From Auanema rhodensis (taxonomy: Eukaryota; Animalia; Nematoda): a stretch of 64,000 nt of DNA. The stretch spans positions 2,914,001-2,978,000 of the forward strand of contig OZ059897.1 in the NCBI GenBank assembly GCA_964057225.1, written 5' to 3'. This document shows, piece by piece, positions 39,658 through 55,452 of the stretch. Position 1 is the first letter of the stretch; each line of letters opens with the position of its first letter. A program made the translations under genes and the position numbers. Below the pieces are notes generated by a model that was given only the letters and a program-made list of their open reading frames with translations, did no database searches and was not told where the DNA came from.

Positions 39658-42600
39658 AGTGCATTCGATGCGGATTTTTAAGCTGCGTTGATCTGTGTTA
39701 TCAGATTTGAGTTAACTTAAAAATGCACCGAGATATCAACTGATATATGTTCACACTTATATCCTCGATTTTCACCCTGAAGAAATGATTTTTTTGTTGA
39801 AAAACATTGTCCATCGTATTCGTCTTAAAAAAAGGAATCTAAAAACATCTACTTTTTGTGAAATTATTTAGAAATTTTTCGGGAAAATTTTTGTCAAAAT
39901 GTTTTTGGAAGCAATGTTGAGTGTACATGGGAACTCAGCATACACTAATGCATTATTTTTCAAACGATCATAACTAATTTTTGTATAGAGCGTTTCTCAA
40001 TGTAGTATAGTTCATTCGATGCGGATTTTTAAGCTGCGTCGATCTGTGTTATCAGATTTGCGCTAGCTTAAAAATGCACCGAGATATCAACTGATATATG
40101 TTCACACTTATATCCTCGATTTTCACCCTGAAGAAATGATTTTTTCGTTAACAAACATTGTCCATCGTATTCGTCTTGAAAAAAGGAATCTAAAAACATC
40201 TACTTTTTGTGAAATTATTTAGAAATTTTTCGGGAAAATTTTTGTCAAAATGTTTTTGGAAGCAATGTTGAGTGTACATGGGAACTCAACATACACTAAT
40301 GCATTATTTTTCATACGATCATAACTAATTTTTGTATAAAGCGTTTCTCAATGTAGTATAGTGCATTCGATGCGGATTTTTAAGCTGCGTTGATCTGTGT
40401 TATCAGATTTGAGTTAACTTAAAAATGCACCGAGATATCAACTGATATATGTTCACACTTATATCCTCGATTTTCACCCTGAAGAAATGATTTTTTTGTT
40501 GAAAAACATTGTCCATCGTATTCGTCTTGAAAAAAGGAATCTAAAAACATCTACTTTTTGTGAAATTATTTAGAAATTTTTCGGGAAAATTTTTGTCAAA
40601 ATGTTTTTGGAAGCAATGTTGAGTGTACATGGGAACTCAGCATACACTAATGCATTATTTTTCAAACGATCATAACTAATTTTTGTATAGAGCGTTTCTC
40701 AATGTAGTATAGTTCATTCGATGCGGATTTTTAAGCTGCGTCGATCTGTGTTATCAGATTTGCGCTAGCTTAAAAATGCACCGAGATATCAACTGATATA
40801 TGTTCACACTTATATCCTCGATTTTCACCCTGAAGAAATGATTTTTTCGTTAACAAACATTGTCCATCGTATTCGTCTTGAAAAAAGGAATCTAAAAACA
40901 TCTACTTTTTGTGAAATTATTTAGAAATTTTTCGGGAAAATTTTTGTCAAAATGTTTTTGGAAGCAATGTTGAGTGTACATGGGAACTCAACATACACTA
41001 ATGCATTATTTTTCAAACGATCATAACTAATTTTTGTATAGAGCGTTTCTCAATGTAGTATAGTGCATTCGAAGCGGATTTTTAAGCTGCGTCGATCTGT
41101 GTTATCAGATTTGCGCTAGCTTAAAAATGCACCGAGTAATCAACTGATATAGGTTCACACTTATATCCTCGATTTTCACCCTGAAGAATTAATTTTTTCG
41201 TTGAATAACATTGTCCATCGTCTTTGCCTTGAAAAAAGAAATCTAAAAACTCCTACTTTTTGTGAAATTATTTAGAAATTTTTCGGGAAAATTTTTGTCA
41301 CAATGTTTTTGGAAGCAATGTTGAGTGTACATGGGAACTCAACATACACTAATGCATTATTTTTCAAACGATCATAACTAATTTTTGTATGGAGCGTTTC
41401 TCAATGTAGTATAGTGCATTCGATGCGGATTTTTAAGCTGCGTTGATCTGTGTTATCAGATTTGCGCTAGCTTAAAAATGCACCGAGTAATCAACTGATA
41501 TAGGTTCACACTTATATCCTCGATTTTCACCCTGAAGAATTAATTTTTTCGTTGAATAACATTGTCCATCGTCTTTGCCTTGAAAAAAGAAATCTAAAAA
41601 CTCCTACTTTTTGTGAAATTATTTAGAAATTTTTCGGGAAAATTTTTGTCACAATGTTTTTGGAAGCAATGTTGAGTGTACATGGGAACTCAGCATACAC
41701 TAATGCATTATTTTTCAAACGATCATAACTAATTTTTGTATGGAGCGTTTCTCAATGTAGTATAGTGCATTCGATGCGGATTTTTAAGCTGCGTTGATCT
41801 GTGTTATCAGATTTGCGCTAGCTTAAAAATGCACCGAGTAATCAACTGATATAGGTTCACACTTATATCCTCGATTTTCACCCTGAAGAATTAATTTTTT
41901 CGTTGAATAACGTTGTCCATCGTATTCGTCTTGAAAAAAGGAATCTAAAAACATCTACTTTTTGTGAAATTATTTAGAAATTTTTCGGGAAAATTTTTGT
42001 CAAAATGTTTTTGGAAGCAATGTTGAGTGTACATGGGAACTCAGCATACACTAATGCATTATTTTTCAAACGATCATAACTAATTTTTGTATGGAGCGTT
42101 TCTCAATGTAGTATAGTGCATTCGATGCGGATTTTTAAGCTGCGTTGATCTGTGTTATCAGATTTGCGCTAGCTTAAAAATGCACCGAGATATCAACTGA
42201 TATATGTTCACACTTATATCCTCGATTTTCACCCTGAAGAATTAATTTTTTCGTTGAATAACGTTGTCCATCGTCTTTGCCTTGAAAAAAAAAATCTAAA
42301 AACTCCTACTTTTTGTGAAATTATTCAGAAATTTTTCGGGAAAATTTTTGTCACAATGTTTTTGGAAGCAATGTTGAGTGTACATGGGAACTCAGCATAC
42401 ACTAATGCATTATTTTTCAAACGATCATAACTAATTTTTGTATGGAGCGTTTTTCAATGTAGTATAGTGCATTCGATGCGGATTTTTAAGCTGCGTCGAT
42501 CTGTGTTATCAGATTTGAGTTAGCTTGAAAATGCACCGAGATATCAACTGATATATGTTCACACTTATATCCTCGATTTTCACCCTGAAGAATTAATTTT

Positions 42601-45600
42601 TTCGTTGAATAACATTGTCCATCGTCTTTGCCTTGAAAAAAGAAATCTAAAAACTCCTACTTTTTGTGAAATTATTTAGAAATTTTTCGGGAAAATTTTT
42701 GTCAAAATGTTTTTGGAAGCAATGTTGAGTGTACATGGGAACTCAGCATACACTAATGCATTATTTTTCAAACGATCATAACTAATTTTTGTATAGAGCG
42801 TTTCTCAATGTAGTATAGTTCATTCGATGCGGATTTTTAAGCTGCGTCGATCTGTGTTATCAGATTTGAGTTAGCTTAAAAATGCACCGAGATATCAACT
42901 GATATATGTTCACACTTATATCCTCGATTTTCACCCTGAAGAAATGATTTTTTCGTTAACAAACATTGTCCATCGTCTTCGTCTTGAAAAAAGGAATCTA
43001 AAAACATCTACTTTTTGTGAAATTATTTAGAAATTTTTCGGGAAAATTTTTGTCAAAATGTTTTTGGAAGCAATGTTGAGTGTACATGGGAACTCAACAT
43101 ACACTAATGCATTATTTTTCATACGATCATAACTAATTTTTGTATAAAGCGTTTCTCAATGTAGTATAGTGCATTCGATGCGGATTTTTAAGCTGCGTTG
43201 ATCTGTGTTATCAGATTTGAGTTAACTTAAAAATGCACCGAGATATCAACTGATATATGTTCACACTTATATCCTCGATTTTCACCCTGAAGAAATGATT
43301 TTTTTGTTGAAAAACATTGTCCATCGTATTCGTCTTGAAAAAAGGAATCTAAAAACATCTACTTTTTGTGAAATTATTTAGAAATTTTTCGGGAAAATTT
43401 TTGTCAAAATGTTTTTGGAAGCAATGTTGAGTGTACATGGGAACTCAGCATACACTAATGCATTATTTTTCAAACGATCATAACTAATTTTTGTATAGAG
43501 CGTTTCTCAATGTAGTATAGTTCATTCGATGCGGATTTTTAAGCTGCGTCGATCTGTGTTATCAGATTTGCGCTAGCTTAAAAATGCACCGAGATATCAA
43601 CTGATATATGTTCACACTTATATCCTCGATTTTCACCCTGAAGAAATGATTTTTTCGTTAACAAACATTGTCCATCGTATTCGTCTTGAAAAAAGGAATC
43701 TAAAAACATCTACTTTTTGTGAAATTATTTAGAAATTTTTCGGGAAAATTTTTGTCAAAATGTTTTTGGAAGCAATGTTGAGTGTACATGGGAACTCAAC
43801 ATACACTAATGCATTATTTTTCATACGATCATAACTAATTTTTGTATAAAGCGTTTCTCAATGTAGTATAGTGCATTCGATGCGGATTTTTAAGCTGCGT
43901 TGATCTGTGTTATCAGATTTGAGTTAACTTAAAAATGCACCGAGATATCAACTGATATATGTTCACACTTATATCCTCGATTTTCACCCTGAAGAAATGA
44001 TTTTTTTGTTGAAAAACATTGTCCATCGTATTCGTCTTGAAAAAAGGAATCTAAAAACATCTACTTTTTGTGAAATTATTTAGAAATTTTTCGGGAAAAT
44101 TTTTGTCAAAATGTTTTTGGAAGCAATGTTGAGTGTACATGGGAACTCAGCATACACTAATGCATTATTTTTCAAACGATCATAACTAATTTTTGTATAG
44201 AGCGTTTCTCAATGTAGTATAGTTCATTCGATGCGGATTTTTAAGCTGCGTCGATCTGTGTTATCAGATTTGCGCTAGCTTAAAAATGCACCGAGATATC
44301 AACTGATATATGTTCACACTTATATCCTCGATTTTCACCCTGAAGAAATGATTTTTTCGTTAACAAACATTGTCCATCGTATTCGTCTTGAAAAAAGGAA
44401 TCTAAAAACATCTACTTTTTGTGAAATTATTTAGAAATTTTTCGGGAAAATTTTTGTCAAAATGTTTTTGGAAGCAATGTTGAGTGTACATGGGAACTCA
44501 ACATACACTAATGCATTATTTTTCAAACGATCATAACTAATTTTTGTATAGAGCGTTTCTCAATGTAGTATAGTGCATTCGAAGCGGATTTTTAAGCTGC
44601 GTCGATCTGTGTTATCAGATTTGCGCTAGCTTAAAAATGCACCGAGTAATCAACTGATATAGGTTCACACTTATATCCTCGATTTTCACCCTGAAGAATT
44701 AATTTTTTCGTTGAATAACATTGTCCATCGTCTTTGCCTTGAAAAAAGAAATCTAAAAACACCTACTTTTTGTGAAATTATTTAGAAATTTTTCGGGAAA
44801 ATTTTTGTCACAATGTTTTTGGAAGCAATGTTGAGTGTACATGGGAACTCAACATACACTAATGCATTATTTTTCAAACGATCATAACTAATTTTTGTAT
44901 GGAGCGTTTCTCAATGTAGTATAGTGCATTCGATGCGGATTTTTAAGCTGCGTTGATCTGTGTTATCAGATTTGCGCTAGCTTAAAAATGCACCGAGTAA
45001 TCAACTGATATAGGTTCACACTTATATCCTCGATTTTCACCCTGAAGAATTAATTTTTTCGTTGAATAACATTGTCCATCGTCTTTGCCTTGAAAAAAGA
45101 AATCTAAAAACTCCTACTTTTTGTGAAATTATTTAGAAATTTTTCGGGAAAATTTTTGTCACAATGTTTTTGGAAGCAATGTTGAGTGTACATGGGAACT
45201 CAGCATACACTAATGCATTATTTTTCAAACGATCATAACTAATTTTTGTATGGAGCGTTTCTCAATGTAGTATAGTGCATTCGATGCGGATTTTTAAGCT
45301 GCGTTGATCTGTGTTATCAGATTTGCGCTAGCTTAAAAATGCACCGAGTAATCAACTGATATAGGTTCACACTTATATCCTCGATTTTCACCCTGAAGAA
45401 TTAATTTTTTCGTTGAATAACGTTGTCCATCGTATTCGTCTTGAAAAAAGGAATCTAAAAACATCTACTTTTTGTGAAATTATTTAGAAATTTTTCGGGA
45501 AAATTTTTGTCAAAATGTTTTTGGAAGCAATGTTGAGTGTACATGGGAACTCAGCATACACTAATGCATTATTTTTCAAACGATCATAACTAATTTTTGT

Positions 45601-46677
45601 ATGGAGCGTTTCTCAATGTAGTATAGTGCATTCGATGCGGATTTTTAAGCTGCGTTGATCTGTGTTATCAGATTTGCGCTAGCTTAAAAATGCACCGAGA
45701 TATCAACTGATATATGTTCACACTTATATCCTCGATTTTCACCCTGAAGAATTAATTTTTTCGTTGAATAACGTTGTCCATCGTCTTTGCCTTGAAAAAA
45801 AAAATCTAAAAACTCCTACTTTTTGTGAAATTATTCAGAAATTTTTCGGGAAAATTTTTGTCACAATGTTTTTGGAAGCAATGTTGAGTGTACATGGGAA
45901 CTCAGCATACACTAATGCATTATTTTTCAAACGATCATAACTAATTTTTGTATGGAGCGTTTTTCAATGTAGTATAGTGCATTCGATGCGGATTTTTAAG
46001 CTGCGTCGATCTGTGTTATCAGATTTGAGTTAGCTTGAAAATGCACCGAGATATCAACTGATATATGTTCACACTTATATCCTCGATTTTCACCCTGAAG
46101 AATTAATTTTTTCGTTGAATAACATTGTCCATCGTCTTTGCCTTGAAAAAAGAAATCTAAAAACTCCTACTTTTTGTGAAATTATTTAGAAATTTTTCGG
46201 GAAAATTTTTGTCAAAATGTTTTTGGAAGCAATGTTGAGTGTACATGGGAACTCAGCATACACTAATGCATTATTTTTCAAACGATCATAACTAATTTTT
46301 GTATAGAGCGTTTCTCAATGTAGTATAGTTCATTCGATGCGGATTTTTAAGCTGCGTCGATCTGTGTTATCAGATTTGAGTTAGCTTAAAAATGCACCGA
46401 GATATCAACTGATATATGTTCACACTTATATCCTCGATTTTCACCCTGAAGAAATGATTTTTTCGTTAACAAACATTGTCCATCGTATTCGTCTTGAAAA
46501 AAGGAATCTAAAAACATCTACTTTTTGTGAAATTATTTAGAAATTTTTTGGGAAAATTTTTGTCAAAATGTTTTTGGAAGCAATGTTGAGTGTACATGGG
46601 AACTCAACATACACTAATGCATTATTTTTCAAACGATCATAACTAATTTTTGTATAGAGCGTTTCTCAATGTAGTAT
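39658..46677 (+). repeat. 10-mer (3510-bp) tandem duplication
   Basis: GAAGCGG lies at 41071 and 44581, CGTTGTCCATCGTATTCG at 41911 and 45421, and CATACGA at ~40312 and ~43822. All pairs are 3510 bp apart. Confidence 0.9.
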
Positions 46678-49600
46678 AGTGCATTCGATGCGGATTTTTA
46701 AGCTGCGTCGATCTGTGTTATCAGATTTGCGCTAGCTTAAAAATGCACCGAGTAATCAACTGATATAGGTTCACACTTATATCCTCGATTTTCACCCTGA
46801 AGAAATGATTTTTTCGTTGAATAACATTGTCCATCGTCTTCGTCTTGAAAAAAGGAATCTAAAAACATCTACTTTTTGTGAAATTATTTAGAAATTTTTC
46901 GGGAAAATTTTTGTCAAAATGTTTTTGGAAGCAATGTTGAGTGTACATGGGAACTCAACATACACTAATGCATTATTTTTCATACGATCATAACTAATTT
47001 TTGTATAAAGCGTTTCTCAATGTAGTATAGTGCATTCGATGCGGATTTTTAAGCTGCGTTGATCTGTGTTATCAGATTTGAGTTAACTTAAAAATGCACC
47101 GAGATATCAACTGATATATGTTCACACTTATATCCTCGATTTTCACCCTGAAGAAATGATTTTTTTGTTGAAAAACATTGTCCATCGTATTCGTCTTGAA
47201 AAAAGGAATCTAAAAACATCTACTTTTTGTGAAATTATTTAGAAATTTTTCGGGAAAATTTTTGTCAAAATGTTTTTGGAAGCAATGTTGAGTGTACATG
47301 GGAACTCAGCATACACTAATGCATTATTTTTCAAACGATCATAACTAATTTTTGTATAGAGCGTTTCTCAATGTAGTATAGTTCATTCGATGCGGATTTT
47401 TAAGCTGCGTCGATCTGTGTTATCAGATTTGAGTTAGCTTAAAAATGCACCGAGATATCAACTGATATATGTTCACACTTATATCCTCGATTTTCACCCT
47501 GAAGAAATGATTTTTTCGTTAACAAACATTGTCCATCGTATTCGTCTTGAAAAAAGGAATCTAAAAACATCTACTTTTTGTGAAATTATTTAGAAATTTT
47601 TCGGGAAAATTTTTGTCAAAATGTTTTTGGAAGCAATGTTGAGTGTACATGGGAACTCAACATACACTAATGCATTATTTTTCAAACGATCATAACTAAT
47701 TTTTGTATAGAGCGTTTCTCAATGTAGTATAGTGCATTCGAAGCGGATTTTTAAGCTGCGTCGATCTGTGTTATCAGATTTGCGCTAGCTTAAAAATGCA
47801 CCGAGTAATCAACTGATATAGGTTCACACTTATATCCTCGATTTTCACCCTGAAGAATTAATTTTTTCGTTGAATAACATTGTCCATCGTCTTTGCCTTG
47901 AAAAAAGGAATCTAAAAACATCTACTTTTTGTGAAATTATTTAGAAATTTTTCGGGAAAATTTTTGTCAAAATGTTTTTGGAAGCAATGTTGAGTGTACA
48001 TGGGAACTCAACATACACTAATGCATTATTTTTCAAACGATCATAACTAATTTTTGTATGGAGCGTTTCTCAATGTAGTATAGTGCATTCGATGCGGATT
48101 TTTAAGCTGCGTTGATCTGTGTTATCAGATTTGCGCTAGCTTAAAAATGCACCGAGTAATCAACTGATATAGGTTCACACTTATATCCTCGATTTTCACC
48201 CTGAAGAATTAATTTTTTCGTTGAATAACATTGTCCATCGTCTTTGCCTTGAAAAAAGAAATCTAAAAACTCCTACTTTTTGTGAAATTATTTAGAAATT
48301 TTTCGGGAAAATTTTTGTCACAATGTTTTTGGAAGCAATGTTGAGTGTACATGGGAACTCAGCATACACTAATGCATTATTTTTCAAACGATCATAACTA
48401 ATTTTTGTATGGAGCGTTTCTCAATGTAGTATAGTGCATTCGATGCGGATTTTTAAGCTGCGTTGATCTGTGTTATCAGATTTGCGCTAGCTTAAAAATG
48501 CACCGAGTAATCAACTGATATAGGTTCACACTTATATCCTCGATTTTCACCCTGAAGAATTAATTTTTTCGTTGAATAACGTTGTCCATCGTCTTAGCCT
48601 TGAAAAAAAAAATCTAAAAACTCCTACTTTTTGTGAAATTATTTAGAAATTTTTCGGGAAAATTTTTGTCAAAATGTTTTTGGAAGCAATGTTGAGTGTA
48701 CATGGGAACTCAACATACACTAATGCATTATTTTTCAAACGATCATAACTAATTTTTGTATGGAGCGTTTCTCAATGTAGTATAGTGCATTCGATGCGGA
48801 TTTTTAAGCTGCGTTGATCTGTGTTATCAGATTTGCGCTAGCTTAAAAATGCACCGAGTAATCAACTGATATAGGTTCACACTTATATCCTCGATTTTCA
48901 CCCTGAAGAATTAATTTTTTCGTTGAATAACATTGTCCATCGTCTTTGCCTTGAAAAAAGAAATCTAAAAACTCCTACTTTTTGTGAAATTATTTAGAAA
49001 TTTTTCGGGAAAATTTTTGTCACAATGTTTTTGGAAGCAATGTTGAGTGTACATGGGAACTCAGCATACACTAATGCATTATTTTTCAAACGATCATAAC
49101 TAATTTTTGTATGGAGCGTTTCTCAATGTAGTATAGTGCATTCGATGCGGATTTTTAAGCTGCGTTGATCTGTGTTATCAGATTTGAGTTAGCTTGAAAA
49201 TGCACCGAGATATCAACTGATATATGTTCACACTTATATCCTCGATTTTCACCCTGAAGAATTAATTTTTTCGTTGAATAACATTGTCCATCGTCTTTGC
49301 CTTGAAAAAAGAAATCTAAAAACTCCTACTTTTTGTGAAATTATTTAGAAATTTTTCGGGAAAATTTTTGTCAAAATGTTTTTGGAAGCAATGTTGAGTG
49401 TACATGGGAACTCAGCATACACTAATGCATTATTTTTCAAACGATCATAACTAATTTTTGTATAGAGCGTTTCTCAATGTAGTATAGTTCATTCGATGCG
49501 GATTTTTAAGCTGCGTCGATCTGTGTTATCAGATTTGAGTTAGCTTAAAAATGCACCGAGATATCAACTGATATATGTTCACACTTATATCCTCGATTTT

Positions 49601-52600
49601 CACCCTGAAGAAATGATTTTTTCGTTAACAAACATTGTCCATCGTATTCGTCTTGAAAAAAGGAATCTAAAAACTTCTACTTTTTGTGAAATTATTTAGA
49701 AATTTTTCGGGAGAATTTTTGTCAAAATGTTTTTGGAAGCAATGTTGAGTGTACATGGGAACTCAACATACACTAATGCATTATTTTTCAAACGATCATA
49801 ACTAATTTTTGTATAGAGCGTTTCTCAATGTAGTATAGTGCATTCGATGCGGATTTTTAAGCTGCGTCGATCTGTGTTATCAGATTTGCGCTAGCTTAAA
49901 AATGCACCGAGTAATCAACTGATATAGGTTCACACTTATATCCTCGATTTTCCCCCTGAAGAATTAATTTTTTCGTTGAATAACATTGTCCATCGTCTTT
50001 GCCTTGAAAAAAGAAATCTAAAAACTCCTACTTTTTGTGAAATTATTAAGAAATTTTTCGGGAAAATTTTTGTCACAATGTTTTTGGAAGCAATGTTGAG
50101 TGTACATGGGAACTCAGCATACACTAATGCATTATTTTTCGAACGATCATAACTAATTTTTGTATAGAGCGTTTCTCAATGTAGTATAGTGCATTCGATG
50201 CGGATTTTTAAGCTGCGTCGATCTGTGTTATCAGATTTGCGCTAGCTTAAAAATGCACCGAGTAATCAACTGATATAGGTTCACACTTATATCCTCGATT
50301 TTCACCCTGAAGAAATGATTTTTTCGTTGAATAACATTGTCCATCGTCTTCGTCTTGAAAAAAGGAATCTAAAAACATCTACTTTTTGTGAAATTATTTA
50401 GAAATTTTTCGGGAAAATTTTTGTCAAAATGTTTTTGGAAGCAATGTTGAGTGTACATGGGAACTCAACATACACTAATGCATTATTTTTCATACGATCA
50501 TAACTAATTTTTGTATAAAGCGTTTCTCAATGTAGTATAGTGCATTCGATGCGGATTTTTAAGCTGCGTTGATCTGTGTTATCAGATTTGAGTTAGCTTG
50601 AAAATGCACCGAGATATCAACTGATATATGTTCACACTTATATCCTCGATTTTCACCCTGAAGAATTAATTTTTTCGTTGAATAACATTGTCCATCGTCT
50701 TTGCCTTGAAAAAAGAAATCTAAAAACTCCTACTTTTTGTGAAATTATTTAGAAATTTTTCGGGAAAATTTTTGTCAAAATGTTTTTGGAAGCAATGTTG
50801 AGTGTACATGGGAACTCAGCATACACTAATGCATTATTTTTCAAACGATCATAACTAATTTTTGTATAGAGCGTTTCTCAATGTAGTATAGTTCATTCGA
50901 TGCGGATTTTTAAGCTGCGTCGATCTGTGTTATCAGATTTGAGTTAGCTTAAAAATGCACCGAGATATCAACTGATATATGTTCACACTTATATCCTCGA
51001 TTTTCACCCTGAAGAAATGATTTTTTCGTTAACAAACATTGTCCATCGTATTCGTCTTGAAAAAAGGAATCTAAAAACATCTACTTTTCGTGAAATTATT
51101 TAGAAATTTTTCGGGAAAATTTTTGTCAAAATGTTTTTGGAAGCAATGTTGAGTGTACATGGGAACTCAACATACACTAATGCATTATTTTTCAAACGAT
51201 CATAACTAATTTTTGTATAGAGCGTTTCTCAATGTAGTATAGTGCATTCGATGCGGATTTTTAAGCTGCGTCGATCTGTGTTATCAGATTTGCGCTAGCT
51301 TAAAAATGCACCGAGTAATCAACTGATATAGGTTCACACTTATATCCTCGATTTTCACCCTGAAGAATTAATTTTTTCGTTGAATAACATTGTCCATCGT
51401 CTTTGCCTTGAAAAAAGAAATCTAAAAACTCCTACTTTTTGTGAAATTATTAAGAAATTTTTCGGGAAAATTTTTGTCACAATGTTTTTGGAAGCAATGT
51501 TGAGTGTACATGGGAACTCAGCATACACTAATGCATTATTTTTCAAACGATCATAACTAATTTTTGTATGGAGCGTTTCTCAATGTAGTATAGTGCATTC
51601 GATGCGGATTTTTAAGCTGCGTCGATCTGTGTTATCAGATTTGCGCTAGCTTAAAAATGCACCGAGTAATCAACTGATATAGGTTCACACTTATATCCTC
51701 GATTTTCACCCTGAAGAATTAATTTTTTCGTTGAATAACATTGTCCATCGTCTTTGCCTTGAAAAAAGAAATCTAAAAACTCCTACTTTTTGTGAAATTA
51801 TTTAGAAATTTTTCGGGAAAATTTTTGTCACAATGTTTTTGGAAGCAATGTTGAGTGTACATGGGAACTCAACATACACTAATGCATTATTTTTCAAACG
51901 ATCATAACTAATTTTTGTATGGAGCGTTTCTCAATGTAGTATAGTGCATTCGATGCGGATTTTTAAGCTGCGTTGATCTGTGTTATCAGATTTGCGCTAG
52001 CTTAAAAATGCACCGAGTAATCAACTGATATAGGTTCACACTTATATCCTCGATTTTCACCCTGAAGAATTAATTTTTTCGTTGAATAACATTGTCCATC
52101 GTCTTTGCCTTGAAAAAAGAAATCTAAAAACTCCTACTTTTTGTGAAATTATTTAGAAATTTTTCGGGAAAATTTTTGTCACAATGTTTTTGGAAGCAAT
52201 GTTGAGTGTACATGGGAACTCAGCATACACTAATGCATTATTTTTCAAACGATCATAACTAATTTTTGTATGGAGCGTTTCTCAATGTAGTATAGTGCAT
52301 TCGATGCGGATTTTTAAGCTGCGTTGATCTGTGTTATCAGATTTGCGCTAGCTTAAAAATGCACCGAGTAATCAACTGATATAGGTTCACACTTATATCC
52401 TCGATTTTCACCCTGAAGAATTAATTTTTTCGTTGAATAACATTGTCCATCGTCTTTGCCTTGAAAAAAGAAATCTAAAAACTCCTATTTTTTGTGAAAT
52501 TATTTAGAAATTTTTCGGGAAAATTTTTGTCACAATGTTTTTGGAAGCAATGTTGAGTGTACATGGGAACTCAGCATACACTAATGCATTATTTTTCAAA

Positions 52601-55452
52601 CGATCATAACTAATTTTTGTATGGAGCGTTTTTCAATGTAGTATAGTGCATTCGATGCGGATTTTTAAGCTGCGTCGATCTGTGTTATCAGATTTGAGTT
52701 AGCTTGAAAATGCACCGAGATATCAACTGATATATGTTCACACTTATATCCTCGATTTTCACCCTGAAGAATTAATTTTTTCGTTGAATAACATTGTCCA
52801 TCGTCTTTGCCTTGAAAAAAGAAATCTAAAAACTCCTACTTTTTGTGAAATTATTTAGAAATTTTTCGGGAAAATTTTTGTCAAAATGTTTTTGGAAGCA
52901 ATGTTGAGTGTACATGGGAACTCAGCATACACTAATGCATTATTTTTCAAACGATCATAACTAATTTTTGTATAGAGCGTTTCTCAATGTAGTATAGTTC
53001 ATTCGATGCGGATTTTTAAGCTGCGTCGATCTGTGTTATCAGATTTGAGTTAGCTTAAAAATGCACCGAGATATCAACTGATATATGTTCACACTTATAT
53101 CCTCGATTTTCACCCTGAAGAAATGATTTTTTCGTTAACAAACATTGTCCATCGTATTCGTCTTGAAAAAAGGAATCTAAAAACATCTACTTTTTGTGAA
53201 ATTATTTAGAAATTTTTCGGGAAAATTTTTGTCAAAATGTTTTTGGAAGCAATGTTGAGTGTACATGGGAACTCAACATACACTAATGCATTATTTTTCA
53301 AACGATCATAACTAATTTTTGTATAGAGCGTTTCTCAATGTAGTATAGTGCATTCGATGCGGATTTTTAAGCTGCGTCGATCTGTGTTATCAGATTTGCG
53401 CTAGCTTAAAAATGCACCGAGTAATCAACTGATATAGGTTCACACTTATATCCTCGATTTTCACCCTGAAGAATTAATTTTTTCGTTGAATAACATTGTC
53501 CATCGTCTTTGCCTTGAAAAAAGAAATCTAAAAACTCCTACTTTTTGTGAAATTATTTAGAAATTTTTCGGGAAAATTTTTGTCACAATGTTTTTGGAAG
53601 CAATGTTGAGTGTACATGGGAACTCAACATACACTAATGCATTATTTTTCAAACGATCATAACTAATTTTTGTATAGAGCGTTTCTCAATGTAGTATAGT
53701 GCATTCGATGCGGATTTTTAAGCTGCGTCGATCTGTGTTATCAGATTTGGGTTAGCTTAAAAATGCACCGAGATATCAACTGATATATGTTCACACTTAT
53801 ATCCTCGATTTTCACCCTGAAGAAATGATTTTTTCGTTGAAAAACATTGTCCATCGTATTCGTCTTGAAAAAAAGAATCTAAAAACATCTACTTTCTGTG
53901 AAATTATTTAGAAATTTTTCGGGAAAATTTTTGTCACAATGTTTTTGGAAGCAATGTTGAGTGTACATGGGAACTCAGCATACACTAATGCATTATTTTT
54001 CAAACGATCATAACTAATTTTTGTATGGAGCGTTTCTCAATGTAGTATAGTGCATTCGATGCGGATTTTTAAGCTGCGTTGATCTGTGTTATCAGATTTG
54101 CGCTAGCTTAAAAATGCACCGAGTAATCAACTGATATAGGTTCACACTTATATCCTCGATTTTCACCCTGAAGAATTAATTTTTTCGTTGAATAACGTTG
54201 TCCATCGTCTTTGCCTTGAAAAAAAAAATCTAAAAACTCCTACTTTTTGTGAAATTATTTAGAAATTTTTCGGGAAAATTTTTGTCACAATGTTTTTGGA
54301 AGCAATGTTGAGTGTACATGGGAACTCAGCATACACTAATGCATTATTTTTCAAACGATCATAACTAATTTTTGTATAGAGCGTTTCTCAATGTAGTATA
54401 GTGCATTCGATGCGGATTTTTAAGCTGCGTCGATCTGTGTTATCAGATTTGAGTTAGCTTAAAAATGCACCGAGATATCAACTGATATATGTTCACACTT
54501 ATATCCTCGATTTTCACCCTGAAGAATTATATTTTTCGTTGAATAACATTGTCCATCGTCTTCGTCTTGAAAAAAGGAATCTAAAAACATCTACTTTTTG
54601 TGAAATTATTTAGAAATTTTTCGGGAAAATTTTTGTCAAAATGTTTTTGGAAGCAATGTTGAGTGTACATGGGAACTCAGCATACACTAATGCATTATTT
54701 TTCAAACGATCATAACTAATTTTTGTATGGAGCGTTTCTCAATGTAGTATAGTGCATTCGATGCGGATTTTTAAGCTGCGTTGATCTGTGTTATCAGATT
54801 TGAGTTAACTTAAAAATGCACCGAGATATCAACTGATATATGTTCACACTTATATCCTCGATTTTCACCCTGAAGAAATGATTTTTTTGTTGAAAAACAT
54901 TGTCCATCGTATTCGTCTTGAAAAAAGGAATCTAAAAACATCTACTTTTTGTGAAATTATTTAGAAATTTTTCGGGAAAATTTTTGTCAAAATGTTTTTG
55001 GAAGCAATGTTGAGTGTACATGGGAACTCAACATACACTAATGCATTATTTTTCAAACGATCATAACTAATTTTTGTATAGAGCGTTTCTCAATGTAGTA
55101 TAGTGCATTCGATGCGGATTTTTAAGCTGCGTCGATCTGTGTTATCAGATTTGCGCTAGCTTAAAAATGCACCGAGTAATCAACTGATATAGGTTCACAC
55201 TTATATCCTCGATTTTCACCCTGAAGAATTAATTTTTTCGTTGAATAACATTGTCCATCGTCTTTGCCTTGAAAAAAGAAATCTAAAAACTCCTACTTTT
55301 TGTGAAATTATTTAGAAATTTTTCGGGAAAATTTTTGTCACAATGTTTTTGGAAGCAATGTTGAGTGTACATGGGAACTCAGCATACACTAATGCATTAT
55401 TTTTCAAACGATCATAACTAATTTTTGTATGGAGCGTTTTTCAATGTAGTAT

